In this document: one piece after another, positions 17,634 through 27,442 of the stretch
Numbering within the stretch: position 1 is the first letter of the stretch
Layout of the letters: the number at the start of each line of letters is the position of its first letter
DNA from: Escherichia coli
Lineage (GTDB): Bacteria; Pseudomonadota; Gammaproteobacteria; Enterobacterales; Enterobacteriaceae
NCBI RefSeq assembly: GCF_003334405.1
Contig: NZ_QOWM01000012.1
Reading direction: 5' to 3' (one strand)
Length of the DNA: 64,000 nt
Position numbers and translations under genes: made by a program
The notes under the pieces: generated by a model
What the model was told of the DNA's origin: nothing
The model's input: only the letters and a program-made list of their open reading frames with translations
Database searches by the model: none

Positions 17634-20078
17634 ATGCCAACACCAACCATCATCAAAACACTCAACACCCACCGCGAAAAACCGTTTGTCAGCGTCGTCA
17701 CGCCAACCTGGAACCGCGGCGCATTCCTGCCGTACCTGCTCTATATGTACCGCTATCAGGATTACCCGGCAGACCGCCGCGAACTCATCATCCTCGACGA
17801 TTCCCCACAAAGCCATCAACACATCATCGACCGCCTGACCAATGGCACGCCGGAAGCCTTTAACATCCGCTACATCCATCACCCGGAAAAACTGCCGCTG
17901 GGCAAAAAACGCAACATGCTCAACGAACTGGCGCGCGGCGAATACATCCTCTGCATGGACGATGACGACTACTACCCGGCAGATAAAATCTCTTACACCA
18001 TCGCCATGATGCAAAAACACCGGGCGCTCATCTCCGGCTCCGATCAGATCCCCATCTGGTACAGCCACATCAACCGCATCTTTCAAAGCCGCAGCTTTGG
18101 CCCGCATAACATCCTCAACGGCACCTTTTGCTATCACCGTAACTACCTGAAAAAGCACCGTTACGACGATGATTGCAATTTAGGCGAAGAGAAACGTTTC
18201 ACCGACAATTTCAGCGTAAACCCGCTGCAACTGCCCGGCGAGCGCACGATTCTGTGTATCTCGCATAGTCAAAACACCTTTGATAAAGATTTTATTCTCG
18301 GGGCCAGCACGCCAGTAAACGCGGCGCTTACGGATATCGTCCGCGATCCGCTGCTGCGCAATGCTTATCTGAGTCTGCATAACGCCACTCATCACCAGGC
18401 GATCAACCATCAGGCGATCGATCAGATCGTTCTGCTGAATCTGGATAAACGCCCGGATCGCTTACAACAGATCCGTGAAGAACTGGCATTGCTGCATATT
18501 CCACCTGAGAAGATCACCCGCCTTGCCGCCAGTGAAGATGAAAACGGTCAACGGGGCCGCCGTCAGTCGCACTTACAGGCGCTGCGCCTGGCGCAACAGC
18601 ACGGCTGGCAAAACTACCTGCTGCTGGAAGATGACGCGGTTATTCTCAAGCAGGAGAAACATATTCAGGTACTGAACACGCTGCTGGCGAGCCTGGCGAA
18701 AATTCCCTGGCAGGTGATGATCCTCGGTGGCGAAATTTCGCAGGGAACGATGCTAAAAAGTTTGCCGGGGCTGGTGCACGCGCGGGACTGCCGCAAAGTG
18801 TGCGCGTATCTGGTGAACAGCCGCTACTACCCGCAACTGGCGCAGCAGATGAGCAACGATGAGCACTCGCTGGAAGCCTGCTGGCAGCCGCTGCTACGCG
18901 CCGACAAATGGCTGGCCTGTTACCCGAGCCTTTGCTACCAGCGACCGGGTTTTAGTGATATCGAGAAAAAAACGACTGATAATATTGCTCACTATTTCAA
19001 TAAGTTACCCGTAGCCACCAAGCCATCTACATTACCCATCGCCGATACCATCGGCTTTTTTATGGAAACCTCATTCCACTACACGCTGTACCGCCCAATC
19101 ATCACCGCTCTACAGGCGCAGGGGCAGAGCTGCACACTAGTGATCAATGACCGCGTGTTTAAACCGTTTCTTGATGAGATGCTGGAAACACTGAAAAACA
19201 TCGACGATCCGCAGCTTAAAGGTATGCGTCTGTCAGAAATGCAGACACATGGTCAGCGGGTGAAATGCCTGGTCAGCCCCTACCACACGCCTGCGCTCAA
19301 TGGCCTGGCGGCGGTGAACATCCGCGCTATGTACGGCTTAGCCAAAGAGACGTGGAACCACGCCGACTGGAATCGTTTTTACCAAAGCATTTTGTGTTAT
19401 AGCCACTACAGTCAGCAGGCGCTGGCGCATTTCGGCAGCGCAAAAGTGGTCGGCAACCCGCGCTTCGACGCCTGGCATAACGGCACGTTCGATCGCGCGT
19501 TGCCGGAAAACATCCAATCAGATTACCGTAAACCTACGGTGCTCTATGCCCCAACGTTTAGCGCATTAAGCTCCCTGCCCCACTGGGCTGAAAAATTGGG
19601 CCGCTTGAGCGGTGATGTGAACCTGATTTGCAAACTGCACCATGGCACCTGCTCACGCCCGGAAGAAGCAGCATCGCTGGCCCTGGTGCGCAGGCATTTA
19701 AAACAGCGCACCGACTCCGCCCGCCACACGCTGGCGCTGCTGGCAAAAGCCGATTACGTGCTGACCGATAACAGCGGGTTTATTTTCGATGCTATCCACG
19801 TTGATAAGCGGGTGATCCTGCTCGACTTTCCGGGCATGAATGATTTGCTCGACGGTGAGAAAAGTTATTCCACGGCAGAGAGCGCCGACCAGCGAATCCG
19901 CGAAATATTGCCGGTTGCTCATGATGTTGCAGAACTGCGTTATTTGTTGTCAGAGGCGTTTGACTGGGGGTCGGTGCAGGCGCGGCTTACGGAGATTCGC
20001 CATCACTATTGCGATGCGTTTATGGATGGCAAGGCGGGAGAACGGGCGGCGATTGTGATTGTGGAGGCGCTGGGGTAA
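17634..20078 (+). CDS. Three-module putative glycosyltransferase: GT2-like N terminus, GT25-like middle, TagF-like CDP-glycerol glycerophosphotransferase C terminus
   Basis: N terminus VSVVTPTWNRGAFLP..ILDDSP..CMDDDDYY (GT2 DxD); middle IVLLNLDKRPDRLQQIREEL.. (GT25-like); C terminus PTVLYAPTFS.. and YVLTDNSGFIFDAIHVDKRVILLDFP (TagB/TagF-like); start taken at ATG 17634 because the track start lies in the repeat. Confidence 0.7.
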   Translation: MPTPTIIKTLNTHREKPFVSVVTPTWNRGAFLPYLLYMYRYQDYPADRRELIILDDSPQSHQHIIDRLTNGTPEAFNIRYIHHPEKLPLGKKRNMLNELARGEYILCMDDDDYYPADKISYTIAMMQKHRALISGSDQIPIWYSHINRIFQSRSFGPHNILNGTFCYHRNYLKKHRYDDDCNLGEEKRFTDNFSVNPLQLPGERTILCISHSQNTFDKDFILGASTPVNAALTDIVRDPLLRNAYLSLHNATHHQAINHQAIDQIVLLNLDKRPDRLQQIREELALLHIPPEKITRLAASEDENGQRGRRQSHLQALRLAQQHGWQNYLLLEDDAVILKQEKHIQVLNTLLASLAKIPWQVMILGGEISQGTMLKSLPGLVHARDCRKVCAYLVNSRYYPQLAQQMSNDEHSLEACWQPLLRADKWLACYPSLCYQRPGFSDIEKKTTDNIAHYFNKLPVATKPSTLPIADTIGFFMETSFHYTLYRPIITALQAQGQSCTLVINDRVFKPFLDEMLETLKNIDDPQLKGMRLSEMQTHGQRVKCLVSPYHTPALNGLAAVNIRAMYGLAKETWNHADWNRFYQSILCYSHYSQQALAHFGSAKVVGNPRFDAWHNGTFDRALPENIQSDYRKPTVLYAPTFSALSSLPHWAEKLGRLSGDVNLICKLHHGTCSRPEEAASLALVRRHLKQRTDSARHTLALLAKADYVLTDNSGFIFDAIHVDKRVILLDFPGMNDLLDGEKSYSTAESADQRIREILPVAHDVAELRYLLSEAFDWGSVQARLTEIRHHYCDAFMDGKAGERAAIVIVEALG

Positions 20079-20084
20079 ACCGCG

Positions 20085-20172
<88 letters not shown>

Positions 20173-20195
20173 AAATACATCTCTGTTTTAGTACT

Positions 20196-20591
20196 TTATA
20201 AAAGCCCTCTAATCACCTCAATAATCCCCGTCGTCGACACCGACGGCGTGCGGGGGAAATAGACCACCTCACAAATATACGCAAAGCTGTCAAACTTCCC
20301 TGCCCAGTCATCCCCCATCACTAAAATATCCGCACTGTACCCGCGCAAATACTCCGCTTTTTGCTCCAGCGACTCTTCCAGAAATACGCCATCCACGCAC
20401 GCCAGCCCGGCGATGATCGCCATGCGGTCATCCTGATGGTAAACCGGTGCCCTGCCCTTTTTGGCGATGTTCAGGGCGTCGGACGATACGCCGACCAGCA
20501 GCCGCTCGCCCAATGCGCGGGCGCGTTGTAAAAGGCGCAGATGACCGACATGAAACACATCGAAGGTGCCGAAGGTGATGACCGTTTTCAT
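20196..20591 (-). CDS. Cytidylyltransferase of the TagD family (glycerol-3-phosphate cytidylyltransferase-like)
   Basis: MKTVITFGTFDVFHVGHLRLLQRARALG.. has the (H/T)xGH nucleotidyltransferase motif; about 131 aa; ATG 20591 lies 3 bp after the lfiJ stop; the track ORF start at 20729 is an extension. Confidence 0.75.
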   Translation of the reverse strand: MKTVITFGTFDVFHVGHLRLLQRARALGERLLVGVSSDALNIAKKGRAPVYHQDDRMAIIAGLACVDGVFLEESLEQKAEYLRGYSADILVMGDDWAGKFDSFAYICEVVYFPRTPSVSTTGIIEVIRGLL

Positions 20592-20593
20592 GG

Positions 20594-21028
20594 CTACTCC
20601 GCTAATTTGTGCCGCAGCCAGCACTGCACGGCGATGTCGTCCACCGCTTTTTGCGCTTTCGCCGTGGCGCTTTCTTGTTGCTCGCGGCGTTTGTCGTCCA
20701 GCGTCAGGGCGACTACTTTCTCTTCGCACGCCGCCGCCGTGAGGTTTTTCTGCATTCGCGTGGCTTTGATATTGGCCAGCGTTTTTTCCTGCTCCTGCCA
20801 GGCGATTACCTTGCGCAGGGTGCCTTTGTAGCCGCTGACGTTTTTCAGCGATTCCACCGACACCGCCGCACCCGCAGATGTTTTCTCGACAAGGTAGCCT
20901 AACGCCTTGATATTGTTGTCATAACCCGCGCAAATCTGTTTTTGCTTTGCCAGCTCGACGGTTTTGTCTTTGACCGATTTATCCCGCAGGCGCTGCAACT
21001 GCGCCAGGGTGTCGATGATTTGTCGCAT
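20594..21028 (-). CDS. lfiJ: Flagellar export protein FliJ-like
   Basis: Helical ~145-aa ORF (MRQIIDTLAQLQRLRDKSVKD..) directly after the FliI-like gene. Confidence 0.7.
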   Translation of the reverse strand: MRQIIDTLAQLQRLRDKSVKDKTVELAKQKQICAGYDNNIKALGYLVEKTSAGAAVSVESLKNVSGYKGTLRKVIAWQEQEKTLANIKATRMQKNLTAAACEEKVVALTLDDKRREQQESATAKAQKAVDDIAVQCWLRHKLAE

Positions 21029-21030
21029 AG

Positions 21031-22368
21031 TTACTGTTCTGCCTTTTTGGCACAAGGAAAGAGGATTTGCAGGCGGCTTTGCACCAGTTCGAGGGAGGCG
21101 GGTTCGCGCATCTCCTGGCGCAAAAATCGCTCAATGGCCGGAAACATTTTCACCGCTTTGTCGACGCTGGCGTCGGCACCTGCCACATAGCCGCCGAGCG
21201 GGATCAGAGGTTTGATCTCCATATAGGCGGCATAGTTTTGCTTTAACGCGCGGGCGGATTGCTGATGTTCCAGGCTGGTGACCTGGTTCATGCAGCGGCT
21301 GATCGACTGGCCGATATCAATGGCCGGATAGTGCCCCGCTTCCGCCAGTTTGCGGGTTAATACGATATGCCCGTCCAGCACCGCGCGCGCGCAGTCGACA
21401 ATCGGATCTTGCTGGTCGTCACCTTCCGCCAGCACGGTGTAGATGGCGGTCATCGATCCCGCGCTTTCGCTGTTGCCTGCGCTTTCGACCAGTTTGGGGA
21501 TCATGCCGAATGCCGATGGCGGATAACCTTTGGTGGCGGGCGGTTCGCCGAGCGAGAGGGCGATTTCCCGCTGCGCCATCGCGTAGCGGGTCAGGGAATC
21601 CACCAGCAGTAAGACGTGATGCCCGCGGTCGCGAAACCAGGCGGCGATGGAGTGGCACAGTTCGGTGGCTTTCAGACGCATCAGCGGCGATTCATCGGCA
21701 GGCGCGACGACGACGATAGACTTTGCCAGCCCGTCCGCGCCCAGCGAGTGGTCGATAAACTCTTTCACTTCGCGCCCGCGTTCCCCAATCAGCCCAACCA
21801 CCACGATATCGGCTTTGGTCTGGCGGGTGATCATCCCCAGCAGCACGCTTTTCCCGACGCCGCTGCCTGCCATTAGTCCGACGCGCTGGCCTTTGCCGAT
21901 GGTCAGCAGGCCGTTGATCGCTTTCACGCCCACGTCCAGCGGTTCGTCTACCGAACGACGAGTTAAGGGATTAACCGAGGGCGGCAACGGCGGCAGAAGG
22001 TCGTTGCCGTTCAGGCGGCCTTTGCCATCCAGCGGTTCGCCGAGGCCATTCACCACGCGGCCTAACCAGCTTTCGCCTATCAGGATGTCGTGGGCTTTTT
22101 CTTCCGGGAAGACGCGTGCGCCTGCCATCAGGCCGACCGGCTGTTTAAACGGCATTAAATAGGTGATGTCGCGATTAAAGCCCACGGCCTGCGCGTCGAT
22201 CAGCGTGTGATTGGCACTTTCGATGCGGCACAGCTGCCCGGTCATTAGCGGGCAGCCGACACTCTCCAGCAGGATGCCGTTAAGGCGCACCAGCCGCCCG
22301 GCGACGCGGGCCAGCGGGATCGACTCCAGCGAGCGCAGGGCGTTATCGAACGCAGAAAAATCACTCAC
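21031..22368 (-). CDS. lfiI: Flagellum-specific ATPase (FliI-like)
   Basis: 445-aa ORF with Walker A GSGVGKS and F1/FliI-type ATPase sequence. Confidence 0.9.
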   Translation of the reverse strand: MSDFSAFDNALRSLESIPLARVAGRLVRLNGILLESVGCPLMTGQLCRIESANHTLIDAQAVGFNRDITYLMPFKQPVGLMAGARVFPEEKAHDILIGESWLGRVVNGLGEPLDGKGRLNGNDLLPPLPPSVNPLTRRSVDEPLDVGVKAINGLLTIGKGQRVGLMAGSGVGKSVLLGMITRQTKADIVVVGLIGERGREVKEFIDHSLGADGLAKSIVVVAPADESPLMRLKATELCHSIAAWFRDRGHHVLLLVDSLTRYAMAQREIALSLGEPPATKGYPPSAFGMIPKLVESAGNSESAGSMTAIYTVLAEGDDQQDPIVDCARAVLDGHIVLTRKLAEAGHYPAIDIGQSISRCMNQVTSLEHQQSARALKQNYAAYMEIKPLIPLGGYVAGADASVDKAVKMFPAIERFLRQEMREPASLELVQSRLQILFPCAKKAEQ

Positions 22369-23071
22369 CCTGCGACTCCGGCGTGAGTGTTTCTTTCAGC
22401 GCGGTCATGCATTGTTCAAGGCGATGCTCGCAGCCGATATCCAGTTCGGATTTGTCGGTGATCACCCGGCATTCGCCCGGTGGCAGATCCGGCGAAGGCG
22501 TCAGCCCCCATTCGCTGACCTTTTCCGGCACCGCGTCGCGCAGGCGGTTAAACTCTTCCGTACTCAGCATCACTTGCAGGGTTTCCGGCATCGCCGGGAA
22601 GGCCGCCAGCGCCTCTTCCACCAGCGCCAGCAACTGCGTCGGTTGCAGCGCCAGTTCGCAGCGGATCACCTGCCGCGTCACCTTTTCCACCAGTTGCAGC
22701 AAATCTTCCCGCTGTTTACGTTCGATATGGGCGAGAAAGTCGTTCACTTTACCGGTGATGGCTTCCAGCGGCTGCGCCGCCTCAACAAACTGTTTGCGCC
22801 CTTCCTGCTGCCCGGCGAGACTGCCTTCGGTGTAGCCCTGGCGTCGCCCCTCGGCAAAACCTTGCTGATGACCTTCGCTAAAGCCCTGCTCCTGACCTTC
22901 GGTCATTCCCTGAGCAAAACCTTTTTGCAGCCCTTCCTGAAAACCGTCCATCAACTGGCGCTGGTAATCGGCGGCGCTAATGCTGGCGGTGAGCGGTTCT
23001 CCGGTCACCGCACGCTGGCGCGGCGGGAAGCGGTGCAGGCGATAGCGCCCGCGCAGTGTTTCAATGGTCAT
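22361..23071 (-). CDS. lfiH: Flagellar assembly protein FliH-like
   Basis: 236-aa ORF between the FliG-like and FliI-like genes; overlaps lfiI by 8 bp. Confidence 0.75.
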   Translation of the reverse strand: MTIETLRGRYRLHRFPPRQRAVTGEPLTASISAADYQRQLMDGFQEGLQKGFAQGMTEGQEQGFSEGHQQGFAEGRRQGYTEGSLAGQQEGRKQFVEAAQPLEAITGKVNDFLAHIERKQREDLLQLVEKVTRQVIRCELALQPTQLLALVEEALAAFPAMPETLQVMLSTEEFNRLRDAVPEKVSEWGLTPSPDLPPGECRVITDKSELDIGCEHRLEQCMTALKETLTPESQGE

Positions 23072-23074
23072 GGG

Positions 23075-24085
23075 TTACTCCGCCGTCTGTTCCGCAAAGA
23101 GCTGTAGCTGAATTTCGCCCGCCTCTTCCAGTTCACGGGCGATGCCCATGATTTCGCGGCGGATCTGTTCGATACGGCTGACCGGCACCGGCCCCAGGCG
23201 CGCGGTGATCGCTTCCAGTTGTTGCACCTGACGTTTTGGCATTACCGCGTAAATCGAGCGCCGCAACAGGGCTTCGGTGCCTTTCAGCGCCACCGCCCAG
23301 TCTTCCATCGGCACTTCGTCGAGCAGACGTCGACGTACCTCTTCGTTCTGGCGGCTGAGGATAAAGAAGTCGTACATCTCATCCTGGAGCTGCTCCAGCA
23401 CCTCTTCGTCGCGCTCGCGCATCTGGTCGAGGATCACCTGCTGGTTACCCTGGAAGCGGTTGACGATATCCGCCGCCTGTTTGATGCCTTTCACCTTCGA
23501 GCCATGTTCAGAGAGCACCGACAGGCCGCGTTCGATCAGCCTGTCCAGTTCATCCACCACGTCGCGGTTAACGTCGTTGAGTTTCGCCACCCGATAGAGA
23601 ATTTCGTTTTGCACCGATTCATTGAGATACGAGAGCACCGCCGCCGAGATTTCCGGCGTCAGAAACGCGAGGAACACCGCCTGTAATTGCAAATGCTCTT
23701 CGGAGATCAGCATCGCCAGCTGGCGTGGTTCCACCCATTGCAGGCGCGCCATCCGCGAGCGGATCTCATCGCCGTAGATGCCGTTGATCACGCTGCTGGC
23801 GATCTCGGTGCCGAGGGCTTTGTTGAGAATACCCTGCAACATGGATCGCGATGCGCCGTTGATCCCGCTCTGTTCGCGGAACTCATCAAAGAAGTTATTG
23901 ATCACTTTGCGCGCCATGCTGGTTTTGACGCCGGAAAGCCGCGCCATGTTTTCGCTCAGGCGCACTACTTCTTCGCGGCTGAGTTTTTGCATCACCGTCG
24001 CCGCCGCCTCTTCGCCCAGACACAGCAGCAGGATCGCCGCCTGTTCCAGGTAGCTGTTGCTCTTATTTGTTGTCAATTCGCTCAT
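23075..24085 (-). CDS. lfiG: Flagellar motor switch protein FliG-like
   Basis: 336-aa ORF with FliG-like middle and C-terminal domains. Confidence 0.85.
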   Translation of the reverse strand: MSELTTNKSNSYLEQAAILLLCLGEEAAATVMQKLSREEVVRLSENMARLSGVKTSMARKVINNFFDEFREQSGINGASRSMLQGILNKALGTEIASSVINGIYGDEIRSRMARLQWVEPRQLAMLISEEHLQLQAVFLAFLTPEISAAVLSYLNESVQNEILYRVAKLNDVNRDVVDELDRLIERGLSVLSEHGSKVKGIKQAADIVNRFQGNQQVILDQMRERDEEVLEQLQDEMYDFFILSRQNEEVRRRLLDEVPMEDWAVALKGTEALLRRSIYAVMPKRQVQQLEAITARLGPVPVSRIEQIRREIMGIARELEEAGEIQLQLFAEQTAE

Positions 24086-25709
24086 TGCTGGTGATCCATT
24101 GTCTGAGAACTTCGGCTACGCGATCGGTGTCGCTCATGGCCAGTTTTTGCAGGAACTCGAGTTTCACTTCGAGGCCGGAACTCTGCGAAGGCAGGCTGTC
24201 ATCGCCGGGCAGCGACGGCAGATCGACGTTTTTGCGCTCCTCTTCCGGCATAGCGATCCACGGTTCGCTGACAGCTTCCGGTTCTGGTGTGATAACCGGC
24301 GCACGCACCGCCGTCAGGCGTTTCATTACCGGGCGCACCACAAAGAACAGCAACAACAGCGCCAGCAGGCCGCAGCCAATCAGCCGCACCCAGGCCAGCA
24401 CGCTGTCATCTTTCCACAGCGGGATCACCGGTTCGACCGGGACCACCTGCGGGACAAAGTTAAGCAGTGAAAGCGTCAGGTTATCTCCACGTTGCGCGTC
24501 GATCCCGGCGGCATTGTTCAGCAACGCGGTAAGCTGCGTGGTCTGTTCCGGCTTCCAGTTTTTCAGCGCCGGGGCGTTTTGATTGAGCACCACCGCCACG
24601 TTGAGGCGTTTCACCGCAAAGCCGGGATGCTGAATATGCTGGACGCTGCGGTCGTAAGAGTAATCGCGCTTGCTTTCGCTGTGTTTGGATAACGCTTCCG
24701 GCGAGCGATTTTCTTCCGTGCCGTTGGTCATCTGATTCGCCGCAACCGGCGGACGGTTGCTGAGAGAGCCGGGCACACCCATCGCCACCTGATTGGTGTC
24801 GCTGTCCAGCACGCTCTCTTCGCGGTTTATTTTCGGCGCGTCTCCGTAGTGTTCCTGAGTTTCGTCGATGGTGCTGAGGTCGAGATCCGGCATCACGCTG
24901 ACACGGTAATTCCCGCTGCCGACCAGCGAATCCAGCACGTTCGCCACGCTGGCGCGGGTTTTGTCCTGAATGTCTTTGAGGATCTGATCGCGTTTACGGG
25001 TAGCGGCAGAGACCGCCTCGCCCGCGCCAATGCCGTCGGTTAGCAGATTTCCCGCCTGATCGACGACGCTGACTTTGCTGGCCTGCAGCCCCGGAATACT
25101 GCCGGAAACCAGATGCACGATGGCGTTCACCTGGTCCATATTCAGCTTCGCGCCGTAGTGCAGACGCACCACCACCGAGGCGCTGTTTTGCGGCTCATCG
25201 CTGACCACAAACGAGCTTTCTTCGTTGAGCGCCAGATGCACCCGCGCGCTCTCCACCGCGTCCAGCGACATAATGCTCTGCGCCAGCTCCCCTTCGAGGC
25301 TGCGTTTATAGCGCACGTTCTGCACGAACTGGCTGCTGCCGAGCACTTCGTCTTTGTCCATCAGCTCGTAGCCGCTGGGCAATATCGCCTGCACGCCTTT
25401 CGCGGCAAGGGTCATACGCGTTTTCGACAGTTCATCTTCCGGCACCAGAATCTGCCCGCTCTGCGGGTCGATGCGGTAGCTGAGCTTTTCGCCGTCCAGC
25501 ACCGTGACAATCTGCGACACGGGCAGATTTTCCTGGCGTCCGTAGAGCGAAACGTAGCCGCGATTACCGGTCCACAGCACGCTGACGATAATCGCCGTCG
25601 CCGCCACGGCAAGCCCCACTCCCGCCATCAACGCCCAGCGTTTGTTATCTACGAGACGCAGTCGAAACGCCGGAAACGCCTGGGTTAACTTCTTTATTTG
25701 TGCATTCAT
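24063..25709 (-). CDS. lfiF: Flagellar MS-ring protein FliF-like
   Basis: 548-aa ORF with N- and C-terminal TM segments and FliF/YscJ-like sequence. Confidence 0.85.
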   Translation of the reverse strand: MNAQIKKLTQAFPAFRLRLVDNKRWALMAGVGLAVAATAIIVSVLWTGNRGYVSLYGRQENLPVSQIVTVLDGEKLSYRIDPQSGQILVPEDELSKTRMTLAAKGVQAILPSGYELMDKDEVLGSSQFVQNVRYKRSLEGELAQSIMSLDAVESARVHLALNEESSFVVSDEPQNSASVVVRLHYGAKLNMDQVNAIVHLVSGSIPGLQASKVSVVDQAGNLLTDGIGAGEAVSAATRKRDQILKDIQDKTRASVANVLDSLVGSGNYRVSVMPDLDLSTIDETQEHYGDAPKINREESVLDSDTNQVAMGVPGSLSNRPPVAANQMTNGTEENRSPEALSKHSESKRDYSYDRSVQHIQHPGFAVKRLNVAVVLNQNAPALKNWKPEQTTQLTALLNNAAGIDAQRGDNLTLSLLNFVPQVVPVEPVIPLWKDDSVLAWVRLIGCGLLALLLLFFVVRPVMKRLTAVRAPVITPEPEAVSEPWIAMPEEERKNVDLPSLPGDDSLPSQSSGLEVKLEFLQKLAMSDTDRVAEVLRQWITSNERIDNK

Positions 25710-25713
25710 AGGG

Positions 25714-26055
25714 TTAGATCGACATACTCATCAGGTCGTTAAACCCGGTGGCGATTTTATTGCGCACCTGCACCAGCGCGGAGAAAGAGAGCGACGCCTG
25801 CTGGCTGGCGATCATCGCACCTGCCAGGTCATCACTTTTGCCCGTGTCGACAGCCGTTTGCTGCTGCTCCGCCACCTGCTGGAACTGATCAACATGACCA
25901 AGCGCGCCGTACATAATGCGGTTAAACGACACGTCCGGGTCTGTGGAACTGAAGGTCATGGCGGGTAGCACCGGCGCCTGGGCGTTGGCCTGCATCCGCT
26001 GCACGTCCTGCATGATTTGCGCCTGCATGGTGCTGTTGATTGTGGTAATGCTCAT
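25714..26055 (-). CDS. lfiE: Flagellar hook-basal body protein FliE-like
   Basis: 113-aa ORF with a FliE-like C terminus; begins 14 bp after the lafK stop. Confidence 0.8.
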   Translation of the reverse strand: MSITTINSTMQAQIMQDVQRMQANAQAPVLPAMTFSSTDPDVSFNRIMYGALGHVDQFQQVAEQQQTAVDTGKSDDLAGAMIASQQASLSFSALVQVRNKIATGFNDLMSMSI

Positions 26056-26069
26056 TTTTAACTTCCGGG

Positions 26070-27056
26070 TCAGGAGAAAACTTCGATACCTTGCTTGCGC
26101 ATGGAGGCCAGTCGATAGCGCAGTGCGCGCGGGGTAATGCCTAACAGGTCGGCGATTTTGCTGCGGTTGCCCTGATATTTACGCATCAGGTCAGCGATAT
26201 ATTGATACTGGGCGCTTCGTCCGTGCTGGCCCAAATCGCTGGTTTCGGCAATGTGGACGGCGGGCTGAACAGGCCATTGCAGTTCGCTGCGGTCGGCAAC
26301 GTCCGTTTCCGGCAGGCCTAAGGCATCCGGGTAAATCACGCCGTCGCGATTTAAAATCATTCCCCGCTGAATGGCGTTCTCCAGCTGGCGCACGTTGCCG
26401 GGCCAGCGGTAATTGAGCAGCGCCCGGCGGGTAGATTCTGAAAGGGTGATATTTTTCACCAGCACCGTGGAGTACTTTTTTATAAATGACTCTGCCAGCG
26501 GAATAATATCGTTCAGACGTTCACGCAGTGGCGGCATGGTAATAGGAATAACCGCCAGACGATAATAGAGATCTTCACGAAAACGCCCGGCAGCCACTTC
26601 CTGTTCAAGGTTTTTATTGGTGCAGGCAATCAGGCGAAAATTGAGTTTAATTTGTCGGTTGCTGCCTAATCGCTCAACCTGTTGCTCCTGCAATACGCGT
26701 AATATTTTGGCCTGTAGCGCCAGCGGCATATCGCCAATTTCATCGAGTAATAAGGTGCCGTTATTCGCTAGTTCCATTTTTCCTGGCACACTGGCAATTG
26801 CGCCGGTAAATGCGCCTTTGTCGTAGCCAAATAATGTAGCTTCCAGCATGTTTTCCGGGATCGCTGCACAGTTCACGCCGATATAGGGCGCGTTATCATT
26901 TTCACCAAAGGCTACGGTGTGAATATATTTCGCCACGCATTCTTTGCCCGCGCCGGTTTCGCCCTGAATGAGCACCGGCACGTTAAATGCGGCGACACGC
27001 TTTGCCAGAGTAAAAGCGTTAATGCTGGAAGCGGCAGTTGCAATAAGTTCAGACAT
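26070..27056 (-). CDS. lafK: sigma54-dependent transcriptional activator without a receiver domain (AAA+ domain plus C-terminal HTH)
   Basis: Walker A GETGAGKE, GAFTGA motif (YDKGAFTGA), Walker B LLLDEIGDM, C-terminal HTH; the protein begins directly at the AAA+ domain (328 aa). Confidence 0.85.
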   Translation of the reverse strand: MSELIATAASSINAFTLAKRVAAFNVPVLIQGETGAGKECVAKYIHTVAFGENDNAPYIGVNCAAIPENMLEATLFGYDKGAFTGAIASVPGKMELANNGTLLLDEIGDMPLALQAKILRVLQEQQVERLGSNRQIKLNFRLIACTNKNLEQEVAAGRFREDLYYRLAVIPITMPPLRERLNDIIPLAESFIKKYSTVLVKNITLSESTRRALLNYRWPGNVRQLENAIQRGMILNRDGVIYPDALGLPETDVADRSELQWPVQPAVHIAETSDLGQHGRSAQYQYIADLMRKYQGNRSKIADLLGITPRALRYRLASMRKQGIEVFS

Positions 27057-27177
27057 AGGGTGAACGATATCAGTAGCGACAGAAAACAGGATATTGTGAA
27101 GCGTATCACCGGCGGGATTAACAAGTTCGAATTAAACGATAATAAAAATATTATTTTATGGTAAACAATGAGTTATC

Positions 27178-27275
<98 letters not shown>

Positions 27276-27442
27276 GTGTTATGACGATGCCTGATATCTA
27301 GCCCTTTAATAATTTAATTATTTTTTCATCCTATTAATAATTTGCCCCTTTCACTCCCCCTCTATTTAATACCTCACCTTGTGTCACTGCCGGATTTGCG
27401 TGCACAAAATCGCCCATACCATTACAGCAGAGAAAGTAAGCC

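Noticed and set aside
20594-20729. N-terminal extension of the TagD-like ORF (the first 46 residues of the 177-aa track ORF)
   Set aside because: It overlaps the 3' end of lfiJ on the same strand in another frame and is Arg-rich; the conserved nucleotidyltransferase sequence starts at the Met at 20591.
22211-23107. 298-aa ORF on the + strand antisense to lfiH/lfiG
   Set aside because: Arg/Leu-rich antisense frame across two conserved flagellar genes; no independent start or RBS context.
27290-27442. Possible sigma54 promoter upstream of lfiM (ctgccggatttgcgtg)
   Set aside because: The GG and GC dinucleotides are not separated by the required 10 bp and the -24 element is TGCC rather than TGGC, so it was not called.
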